From: Basidiobolus meristosporus CBS 931.73
Lineage: Eukaryota; Fungi; Basidiobolomycota
NCBI GenBank assembly: GCA_002104905.1
Contig: MCFE01000769.1
Coordinates: forward strand, 1 to 37,965
DNA length: 37,965 bases
Reading direction: 5' to 3'
The stretch's first letter is position 1. Every line of letters starts with the position of its first letter. The notes below the pieces were generated by a model that had not been told where the DNA came from, did not search any database, and saw only the letters and a list, made by a program, of their open reading frames with translations. Of the stretch, positions 25,318 through 34,769 are shown one piece after another. The translations under genes and the position numbers were made by a program.

Positions 25318-26205
25318 ATGCCCTCGGAAGAGCTCTTCATCAGTCCAGCCACGCGCGAGGATCTTGAACTCATTTACACATGGGGCGACAAGGAAGGCTG
25401 GAACCCCGGCGTCCACGATCATGTCACTAATTTTGCCGCCAATCCTGAAAGGTACTTCGTGGGTCGTTTGGGCAACAAGGTTGTATGCAGCGTTGCCGTC
25501 TTTGAGTACTCGCACGATGTGAGTTTCATCGGTTGGTATATCGTGTTGGATGAGTACAGAGGAAACGGATACGGACTTCAGATTTTCAAGCATGTGATGG
25601 AGCTTGTCAAAGGACAGAACGTTGGTCTCGATGGTGTCGAGGCTCAGCAAAAAAACTACGCGAAGTTGGGCTTTGTTAAAGAATATAACAATGAGCTTTA
25701 TGGTGGAACGCTCTCCGAGGTACCTGAGCTTACCTTCTCCTTTAGGAATGAAAAATTCGTTTCTCTTGATCAAATTCCTGTTGACAAGATTGCCAAATTT
25801 GAGTTTGAGCAGACCGGCATTTTGCGTGTAAAATATTGGAGTGCGTGGTTAGCACAGCCCGAATTGCTATCCTATGCAGTTGTCGATGAACACGATAATA
25901 TATTGTCGACCATTACCGCCCGCAAGACCAACAATGGTTCTTACGCTATTAGTCATGTATACGCTACTGAATACCAATATGTCGAAGCCGTTCTATCCAA
26001 GGCGTTTGAGGAGCTTAAAGCAAGCTCCAGCGGGCCTGTCCAGTATCATTTGGCGGCTAACGATAAAAACCCCAAAGCTAAAGCTATCATCACAAAGCTT
26101 AAATCTGTGCCCATCATAAGCTTTGGAAGAATGTGGACACAAGGCCTTCCTAAAGGGACTAAACTCGAGAATGTTTACTTTTCGGGATCACCGGAATCGG
26201 GTTAA
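25318..26205 (+). CDS. Tandem GNAT N-acetyltransferase (YitH-like), 295 aa, intronless
   Basis: ISPATREDL, EGWNPG..D, FIGWYIV.DEYRGNGYG (acetyl-CoA motif A), GLDGVEAQQKNYAKLGF, then a second GNAT-like lobe. Confidence 0.9.
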   Translation: MPSEELFISPATREDLELIYTWGDKEGWNPGVHDHVTNFAANPERYFVGRLGNKVVCSVAVFEYSHDVSFIGWYIVLDEYRGNGYGLQIFKHVMELVKGQNVGLDGVEAQQKNYAKLGFVKEYNNELYGGTLSEVPELTFSFRNEKFVSLDQIPVDKIAKFEFEQTGILRVKYWSAWLAQPELLSYAVVDEHDNILSTITARKTNNGSYAISHVYATEYQYVEAVLSKAFEELKASSSGPVQYHLAANDKNPKAKAIITKLKSVPIISFGRMWTQGLPKGTKLENVYFSGSPESG

Positions 26206-26904
26206 AGGTGATGATAATAAACCATATCGTTTTGATTTAATGTTGTGGTAAGGATGCTCCTGATATCTGAATTTGTCTACAGTCTGGCTTTGCTTTTCGG
26301 CACAGATACATCAACAATCATATCAGTTTGTTGTAGTTCTGAATATAAGCGTATGGGAAGAAGCACTTGAAGAGTACAATACGGTATTACACATTGATAT
26401 TGTGCTTTGCTGTGACTTTAATGTTCAGACTTCGATTTCAGTCATGTGGTGGCTGCTAATGTGAGATTAGAGATACTTGTTTGCAATTCAAATCAGGTGG
26501 CTAATACTACTAAATATAACAGTTGTCACAGGATAGCATGCACTCAAGCCATAGGTGTAGTCATGTGATCCTATTGTATTTCAATCTAATGAGAACAAGG
26601 TTTGTGTCATCTTAAGGTCGGCTTCTACAATAACAAGGTAATACAATATCCATCTGACCCATATAACATTACCATAACCTAGTTGGTTCCAATATAAGGT
26701 TAGAGGGGTAACAATCACCAACAAGTGAAATCTTTATATCAATAACTCAAAATAAAGCCAAGTGCTACATGGGTAGCATTTTACCAGTGAATAAACAGAA
26801 GGGTTGTTTTGTAAGAGTCAACAAGAAGATTCACTAAGCTCAAGAGGAGCTAAAGTGGTGCTTAATGGTACTGGGTGGATAACTAATGGAAGTAGTGGCT
26901 TACC

Positions 26905-27602
26905 TATTGTGAAAGCTCAGCAGATACTGGGAGTGAATGAGAGTACATGTAGATCATGTGGTTTCACTTGATGATTTATTAAATGTAAAAGTAGTGTTCA
27001 TATTTATATATGCTTGTGGCAAGACAAGCAAGCAGAAAATGGTTAAGAAGGTCCCAAGAGCATATATACTAAGTTTGAGGCTCTTTGGACATCTCTGAGA
27101 TTTTTCATGTCTTGAGTGTTGTACAGGTTTTGAAGATATTGGAAGTGATTGAGCAAAGAAGCTGATAATGTGGTTTTCTATTGATGAATTATTGATTGTA
27201 AGAGTAACATTCAAACTTTTACATGCTCTTGGCATAACAAACATGTAGAATATGCTAAGGAAGGTCCCATGAACATGTGAGCAGACTTTGAGGCAGTTTG
27301 GACAACCTTAAGAAACTACATGTTTTGGGTGCCAGATATTTTGTTGATAATATTCCTAGAAAATCCCAACTAGAAACTTGTTTATAGTCCTTTAAGATTT
27401 GTGGACAATGATCTAAGTGACTAAGCTAGGTAAATATTTAGGTGTAATCACAAGATTGACAACACTGGGTGCATACAATCTTGAGGACAAAATTACCAGT
27501 ATATCCCAACAAAGAATTTGACCAGAACTCTACAGGATTTGTAACTGAGATCAAGTGACCAATCTAACAGGATGTAATGGTGTAATTACAGAGTTTACAA
27601 CA
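26905..27602 (-). repeat. Two nested diverged Copia LTRs (inner 27117-27464)
   Basis: The inner copy runs TGTTGTAC...GACAACA with a decayed TSD (TTGAG/CTGGG). The outer halves align to the reverse-complement LTR and end TTTACAACA at 27602. Confidence 0.75.
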
Positions 27603-29600
27603 AGAAAAACCCAATACCCTCACTTGAACAGGATGTGCTATTGTAGGAATATTGAAACCAAGGTAATATACAATACTAATAAATTAGCTTGGCTATTGAA
27701 GAATGAAGTAAGTGCTGACAAGTAGAGCACTGTAATGCTCCAAATGAGGTGGAGGGAAAGCCTATAGTACTTGTGCTCCAGGAAACAATTGGTGTGGTTA
27801 TTCCACTAATACATGGTGAAAAGCTTAATTCAGGCATGCTAGCTTGGATATCTGGCTCTTGAAATAATACTTTCACATGAAGGCTCAATTGGCAATAGCA
27901 TATTGATGTAGATTCTTTATTTGACATTGAAACAGCCATAAATTGTACCTGAATAAGTAGTGCAAGTCTCTCCATAGGTTACATCTATTATTCATGCCAT
28001 TAAAGGATTCCATTACAGAAATACCTGACACTTGCTAAATACCTGCAGAAATTCAATTTTCTTTGATGCTACAACAATCAACATTAGAAGCTCTAGCCTT
28101 CTTGAGTACAGATATATACATCTCCTAGACAGTGTTGTCCATGAGTAATCCTTGTACCAAACGTGGAAATAGTCAGCATGCTAATTCCAGAGATATATGC
28201 ACGTTAATGATTGATTCAGAAATACCAGCAGAACACCAGCTGAATATCATTTGAAATAAGGTGTAGAACTACAGTGACTATAGGTTATAATTCAAGAACA
28301 ACGTTGTATATTAGAGTTGCAATTCCTTCTAGCCCCATCAAATAAGTAGTATGGTAATACACTAAGTTTGGCAAGTATATGTAAATACAAGATTCCGTAT
28401 TTAATACCTGAACACTGCTCGAAGTCATAGGAAGCAATATCATTAGGCATCTACAATCTACTTAGTTGCACAGTAAAATTCTTGGATTGAAATTCAACCC
28501 CACCACTTAACTTCCCTAAAATTGCGAAGATTGAGAGCTTTCCTATTCTCGTCAACCTTGAATTATCATCGACAGCTTTACAGTTATGAACAAGATTGTC
28601 TTTCTAGCATCTAGGCAAATACTATTGAGTGATTATCGAGGGTATTGAAAGTAATCTGGAGTACTCAACATTCTCTGCGGTTATTAAGCGGTTTTTTGAC
28701 TTGTGTTTATACTTTGTGTAGATATTTTTAGTAGTAATGATACGAATGTTCTGAGGCAGATTCCAGGAAGCAATGTGTAAAGTTTGGGGCCACCGAGATG
28801 AGTTCGAAATTTCAACGACTTCCAGGGCTTCAGCCCAGGTGGCTTAGGAGTTGTAGTTGAGCATAGTAATAATGTGAGTGCTTACGTAAGCTTTGAGCTT
28901 AATCGAAGTTGCATGAAGCATATAGTAATGTTATCTGAATTTATTAGGGGATGAACATGCATCCGCCATTTTACTGAACATTTCCTGAGCAAAAAAATAC
29001 GGGATTCTGGGAGTTTTACGCAACAACAAACCCGAAGTTCTTGTCAGCGATTCCACACTTGTAAAGTAACATCAAGCTACGTACATCAAGCCACATGAAA
29101 GCTTCACAAACCCGGACTTTCTATCCGAAAAATATCACCATTCAATGTTTACGAGGCACAACTCCTGGCTGTTTGGACTTTTGATATTCATGGTTTAGTC
29201 TCATCGAATCTGGCATGCAAAAGCTTGTAAACCTAATTTGCGGTTACATGTCTAGAAAAACGGAGTAACACCATTGTATTGGAGGCATGTTGGGTAGAGA
29301 CAACATTTGGTTTTACTTGAATAATTGTAACCAGAAGTGCATTTGTAGAATCCAATACTATCTATTACAAACTCAACCAGGCTCCTATCATGGCGAATAG
29401 GACGTATGGTTGCTCTATGAGACTTCGTGTGACCATAGTACAAACTCAGTTAAGCACTAGGAGTGCCATGCGATGTTCAGCAACGTGTTTCGTAGCCAAT
29501 CAACCATTAGGTACATCTGGGCTGAAATCTCAAGTAATTGCCAAGCATTACCGGACTCTTATAAAATCGATACACAAGTCACATCATTTGTTTATTCAAA

Positions 29601-30707
29601 ATGAAGATCATACGCTTTACGATGGTAGCTTCGGCCGCCCTGAAGGTGATGCTGGTACAAACTGCGTCTTCCCGGCTCCCATTTCCCGCTCCATCTGGTA
29701 GGTTCAAGGTTGGGACAGTTGAGTTGCACCTGGTAGACCGCAATCGAACCGATCCGTACGCACCTACCATGCAAAATCGGGATCTTATGGTCCAGCTGTT
29801 TTATCCCACTAAACGTACCAAAGGGTATCCTCTGTCATCATACATGCCTAAAGGCACCGCTGAAATTTATAATCAAATCCTTGAATTGGCGAACAATACT
29901 ATTCAAAGGGTTAAAATACAAGCATATCGGGGTGCTCCCATTGCCAATTCTAATTTACCAATTGTGATATTTTCTCCTGGTTTAGGGGTATCGCGTTGTC
30001 TGTGCACCGCATCAGTGTTAGATATGGCTAGCCGTGGCTACCTAGTAGTGGCTATAGATCATCCATACGATACTGGAATTGTGGAATTCCCAGATGGAAG
30101 GTTGGTCCTGGGAGTCCTGCTTGACCCGACTCTTGAACAGACTGAAAAGGCTGTGTTGGTCCGCACTCAAGACGCTAGCTTTGTCTTGGACCTGCTTGGT
30201 ACATCAGAAAGTAGACGACTGATTCCAGGCTTAAGACAAAAGCTAAATACTCATGAGGTGGTCATGTTCGGACACTCACTTGGAGGAGCAGCCTCAGCAT
30301 CTGCCATGCTGACTGATACTCGCATTATTGGTGGGGTCAACCTTGACGGCTGGTTCTGGGGTCCAGTAGTCGACCAGGGGTTGGATCGGCCCTTTCTTAT
30401 GATAAGTAGTTCTCAAGTTGAAATCGATCCTGCAAATACCTGGCCAAGATTATGGTCAAAGCTACGGGCTTGGCGTTTTGAGCTCCAACTAGCGGACTCT
30501 GAACATATGACTTTCTCAGATTGGCCGCTATTGATTGATGTATTCAACTTAACCAAGGCCAGTGTTGGCTCTATCAACGGAGCTCGTGCCATGGAGATCC
30601 AGCAGGCCTATATAGCTGCGTTTACTGAATCTGTTTTTCGCCACAAAATTGCGAAACTTTTGCTGGGGCCTGATTCGAGATATCCCGAGATCTCCTTCAA
30701 ACATTGA
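29601..30707 (+). CDS. PAF-acetylhydrolase-like alpha/beta hydrolase (lipase/esterase), 368 aa, intronless
   Basis: PSGRFKVGT, R.DPY, LMVQLFYP, FSPGLG, ASRGY.VVAIDHPYD, R.QDASFVLD, triad motifs GHSLG / NLDG / HMTFSD. Hydrophobic N-terminus. TATAAAA at 29560-29566. Confidence 0.9.
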   Translation: MKIIRFTMVASAALKVMLVQTASSRLPFPAPSGRFKVGTVELHLVDRNRTDPYAPTMQNRDLMVQLFYPTKRTKGYPLSSYMPKGTAEIYNQILELANNTIQRVKIQAYRGAPIANSNLPIVIFSPGLGVSRCLCTASVLDMASRGYLVVAIDHPYDTGIVEFPDGRLVLGVLLDPTLEQTEKAVLVRTQDASFVLDLLGTSESRRLIPGLRQKLNTHEVVMFGHSLGGAASASAMLTDTRIIGGVNLDGWFWGPVVDQGLDRPFLMISSSQVEIDPANTWPRLWSKLRAWRFELQLADSEHMTFSDWPLLIDVFNLTKASVGSINGARAMEIQQAYIAAFTESVFRHKIAKLLLGPDSRYPEISFKH

Positions 30708-30799
30708 GTACTATGCCAGTCTTTCAATGCTCCAATGGGTTCTATGCCAGTCTTTGAATGCTCTTTTGGGTACTATACCAGTCTTTCAATGCCCTATTC
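30708..30799 (+). repeat. 31-bp minisatellite, 3 copies, directly after the hydrolase stop
   Basis: GT(A/T)CTAT(G/A)CCAGTCTTT(C/G)AATGC starting at 30708, 30739 and 30770. Confidence 0.85.
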
Positions 30800-30956
30800 T
30801 TTTTGTATACCCAGCTAACCCTCACCCCTGAATATTCGCATGCTCAGAGCTGTTCACCTTCCTAGGGCATACGCCTATTGTGTCAGGGTTCATAAATGTT
30901 GAAGTAAAGCTATAGTCACTGATAATCTCAGATAATGACGGCAATACCAAGAGTCC

Positions 30957-31553
30957 TTGAAAATACTAAACTGCTTGTCAATTTCAGCTGGATATTATTG
31001 GGCCGCAGCGCTCTACTTTGGATCAATTCGATACGTTGGGAAAAGGACTAGTATTGATCTCCAACGCATCGATACTACCAGAGTCAAAGATAATGAAATG
31101 TTTATGGTTTGGAATTATAAAGCTTATCAAAATCAATTAAGTTGGGAATATAAAAACGCAAATGAAGAAAATATATACCAACTAATTACTCAAATTTCCT
31201 TTCAATCCCTTTGTAAATCAGCTTCTGTCACTGGTGGTGTAGTGTCATCATTTATTATCGGGAATCCTGAGGGAGATGAGATTGACTTAAAATGGGTTGG
31301 TGGAAACCCCAGTCTGGTTCAAACTAACTACTACTTTGACAACATTAAATATTATAAGCACTATGGACATGCCAAGAATGCAACAGTTGGGAGTGAAACT
31401 TCTGCTGGCCTCAGTAAATATATGATGCGATGGGAAGAGAAACTAATCAATTCCTGTGCCAACAAGATAGTCAGAACCGCTCTGAGAAAAGATACCTACA
31501 ACCACATAATAAAAAGAGTCATTATCCTAGCCTGTTTGACTTTGGATTTGTGA
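30957..31553 (+). other. Unassigned ~198-codon open frame without an AUG start, probably a relic
   Basis: Long stop-free frame in AT-rich DNA with protein-like composition. No family recognised. Confidence 0.3.
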
Positions 31554-32299
31554 CATTAATGCTTACAATAGTGGCACATTGAATTGGCTGGTGGGCCAAC
31601 TGATTGGTGCAAACCATGTACCAAATATAAAGTCTACTTTGAATCTATTGATATGCAATATAAGCATAGTTTGAATCTTCCTTGGGATCCACCCAAGATC
31701 CCTGCATTCATTTCTTCTACTGCAGATACACTCCTACTCATTTCTCAAAAGTAAAAACAAAGTCTACAACTGGTAAGAATGCTGGTTCTGTGCAAATATT
31801 CAGCACTGTCCTCATGGGTGCCACTTTCTTGTTCATGAACTATGCACTGAGCTGAATCCAATTTTTACAGTTATCAATAGTTTGACTTGAATAAAATTGC
31901 TGCTTGTTACAAATCAGCATCCTAATGTTATTTATCAAATTGTAGATAATATGCACAAACAATTGGCCAACTACATGCAAGGATATTTATAAATCAATGG
32001 GCAACCTTTCAACTGCACCATGATGCGCAAGGAGGCCATTTTACAGAAACAGATTCCCAACTTATCACCTTGTTGACGACAAACATTCTGCACTACAAAT
32101 AATGCTGACCATCATTAAGATCATCCATAGTAAGGCCCAAGCAATTGTGCTGCAACAATTTGAAATATATGATGTTAATTCCTACTTGATGTATACTGAC
32201 AATGTTGCACCAGTATCTATATGGAATATTGTTTGATATCCTTTTTGGATAGAAACAAACACAGGTGCAGCTATTGGATGTAGTACTCATTGTTATTTT

Positions 32300-32473
32300 T
32301 GTTGTAGGATTTTTGGAGATAATGGAAGTGATAGGGAGAACAAGTAGATTATGTAATCTTCACATAGTGATTTAATGAGTGCAATACTAGTTTTATACTT
32401 TTACATAGTAATGGAAAGACTGACACATAAAGTATGCTCAAAATAATCCCAAGAACATTTGATCAAAGTTGGG
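32300..32473 (-). repeat. Copia LTR truncated halfway, ending at a telomeric seed
   Basis: TGTTGTAGGATTTTTGGAGATAATGGAAGTGA aligns to the LTR end. Homology stops at CAAAGTTGGG, which is followed by TTAGGGG. Confidence 0.75.
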
Positions 32474-32573
32474 TTAGGGGAGAGAAAGTCACCAAGTTGG
32501 TGAAATCTTTATTTGAGTCAAGAACTAATCTAAGTACAAATACAGAAGCCAATTAAGAAGTCTAGAACCTTTC
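32474..32573 (-). mobile_element. Short 3' end of a related telomere-associated retroelement (unit A)
   Basis: TTAGGGG-AGAGAAAGTCACCAAGTTGGTGAAATCTTTATTT terminal motif, bounded distally by TTAGGGTTAGGG. Confidence 0.75.
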
Positions 32574-33103
32574 TTAGGGTTAGGGGGGAGGAAAGTCACC
32601 AAGTGATGAAATCTTTATTTACTTATGACAAGTATCCAAAGAAGCCATGTTAATCTGAAGTTATTCCTAGAAAGCTAGGTCTGAGAGATATCTTCCTGGT
32701 AAGCCAGGTCTGAGAGTTGAGAAGCTGAGTGGTACTATATTTCCTAGTTAGCTAGGTCTGAGAGAGGTTTCCTGGAAAGCCAGGCCTGAGAAGTGAGAAT
32801 CTAAGTTTATCTGAGTTGAGTTGTACTGGTTTGCGGTGGCTGAATTGTGGCCGGAATGGCCAGTAGACTGTGGGAACTGAGATGAAATTCTGGGCAATCA
32901 CTGGCCAAGTTTACTAGGCAAATTTGGCCAATTAGCATTTCAAGGATTTCAGCCAATCAGAGCCTTTACTTTGCCTGATGGTTGATCAAGCCATCTTCCA
33001 ATGAGCACACATCAATTTATTAATCAAATTTTGCTGGATCCAGGATTTGAACCCACAACCATGGGTATGGAAGGGTTAGGGATAACCACAAGGCTAAGTG
33101 TTC
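32574..33103 (-). mobile_element. Candidate tRNA-derived SINE with a LINE-type 3' end, joined to telomeric repeats (unit B)
   Basis: A-box and B-box head, no T4 run on the sense strand, internal repeats of (TC)TCAG(A/G)CCT(A/G)GCT, and the shared 3' terminal motif fused to CCCTAACCCTAA. Confidence 0.72.
33043..33096 (-). promoter_or_regulatory. Pol III type-2 internal promoter (A box + B box)
   Basis: A box TAGCCTTGTGGTTA (33096-33083) and B box GGTTCAAATCC (33053-33043), with tRNA-like spacing (44 nt from T8 to G53). Confidence 0.72.
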
Positions 33104-33107
33104 TTGG

Positions 33108-33374
33108 TTAGGGGGGGAGACAGTCACCAACAGGTGAAATCTTTATTTCAGTTGAAACAAAGAAGCCAGCACTACTGTTGTAGCTTTGATACAAGAGTGT
33201 GTAGCTGAGGGCAATTTGTAGGTAAGTTATTAAGAAGTGATGATAGTTCTTCAGTGCTCAAGACACTGTTCAGGGGGAAGGGGGGTAGCAAGAGAGGTAG
33301 GAATGACTTGTGAACAACATTAATGAGGGGAATGTGATAAGGCTTGATATTCATCATAAAGGGAGTGTGCTGCT
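33108..33374 (-). mobile_element. 5'-truncated copy of the telomeric LINE 3' end (unit C)
   Basis: Near-identical to 34764-35030. Encodes the same C-terminus (HTPFMMNI.PYHIPLINVVHKSFLPLLLPPFPLNSVLSTEELSSLL.NLPTN.PQLHTLVSKLQQ). Confidence 0.95.
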
Positions 33375-34110
33375 TGTTGTGCATCAACATTTAAACTTAG
33401 CCAATTTTACTCTGTTTGAAAATCTAGTACCCTAACTGATTTTCCCTAACCCAAACATAACAAATCCCAGTTACAGTTTATTTTATCCCACCTCAGAATC
33501 TATTTTTAGCTATCACACCTGATCTATTTTCAAATGGTCATTACGTTATCAACCTATCTGCTAAGCCTTCCCAGGTGATTAGTCATCTGAGATCTATCCA
33601 ACCACGGTGCAGTTGCCAAGACATCAGTTGATTGATGATGTAATTTTCATTTATCTTATGCACCTATGAACACCCAAATTTATCTCAATCAATCCAGTCC
33701 CTTGGCGCTTACTAAGTCAACTTGATCAGAAAAGTATAAATAAAGTTTACTGAACCTTTTGGTTTAGTGTGTGTCTCAACAAAATTAAGATTCTGTCTCA
33801 GCAAAAATAAGAATCCAACAATTCCGTTCTAGTTTCTATCCAAGCCTAGTATATCTAGCACTCCAAAGAACACCAAGCCTAGCCTGCCTAGCAAACAAAT
33901 ATCATTGTCTTTATAGCCAACCCAGCTATATCCAAGACCAATATTAGATCAGAATCTTTCTGCTAATATTTCCGCCACTCTCTGACAATTCTAAGATTCT
34001 GCACTTAATTGTCCCTTTGGTTCAGTTAAACCATTCAAGAGTTCTATTACACTTTCTCTTGGATACAACATTTTTTTCGTTGAATTCCATTACATTCAGC
34101 CAATCAGAAG

Positions 34111-34413
34111 ATGTCCTCAGCAGCAAGCAATGCAAACCTTTCCATGTTGGAAGAGGCCAGAAGAAATCAGGAAGAACTTACTGAACAGCTTGAAAACATC
34201 ATGCTTGAAAGAAATACCATGATGCTTGAGCACTCAAAGCTTGCCAAAACAAGATCTGATAATCACCGTAGAGATGAACTCCTTGAAGTTATATCCGGTT
34301 ACCAAGATGAAATTGGAATAATTAAGGAAGCACTGGAGAATATTGCCATAGTAATTGACAGCATTGTAAATCCGCCAAGCCTTGCTCTGCATCAGCCACC
34401 AAGAAGTCATGCC
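34111..34413 (+). pseudogene. Coiled-coil ORF start, cut off by unit B' at a TTAGG seed
   Basis: ATG at 34111, heptad-rich E/L/K sequence. The native sequence ends at ..PPRSHA, where TTAGGGGGGG and the repeat begin. CCAAT motif just upstream. Confidence 0.5.
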
Positions 34414-34664
34414 TTAGGGGGGGAGGAAAGTCACCAAGTGGTGAAATCTTTATTTACTTATGACAAGTATCTAAAGAAGCCAAGTTAATCCAAAGTTATT
34501 CCTAGAAAGCTAGGTCTGAGAGATATCTTCCTGGTAAGCCAGGTTTGAGAGTTGAGAGGCTAAGTGGTACTATATTTCCTAGTTAGCTAGGTCTGAGAGA
34601 GGTTTCCTGGAAAGCCAGGCCTGAGAAGTGAGAATCTGAATATATCTGAGCTAAGTTATACTGG
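34414..34664 (-). mobile_element. 5'-truncated copy of the SINE-like unit (B')
   Basis: Collinear with ~32580-32830. Lacks the tRNA-like head. Followed distally by degenerate GGGTAGGGTGTAGGTTAGGG. Confidence 0.9.
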
Positions 34665-34676
34665 GTAGGGTGTAGG

Positions 34677-34734
34677 TTAGGGGGGAGACAGTCACCAACA
34701 GGTGAAATCTTTATTTCAGTTGAAACAAAGAAGC
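34677..34734 (-). mobile_element. ~55-nt 3' stub of the telomeric LINE (unit D)
   Basis: TTAGGGGGGAGACAGTCACCAACAGGTGAAATCTTTATTTCAGTTGAAACAAAGAAGC, matching the LINE 3' UTR. Confidence 0.92.
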
Positions 34735-34769
34735 TTAGGGTTAGGGTTAGGGTTAGGGTAGGGTTAGGG
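34735..34769 (+). repeat. Interstitial telomeric tract
   Basis: (TTAGGG)4 TAGGG TTAGGG between unit D and the LINE 3' end. Confidence 0.97.

Noticed and set aside
30708-30799. CRISPR-like array
   Set aside because: Three tandem 31-bp units without unique spacers of proper length, in a eukaryotic context with no cas genes.
33030-33103. Functional tRNA gene
   Set aside because: The acceptor, D and anticodon stems do not pair and there is no T-run terminator. Treated as a SINE head instead.
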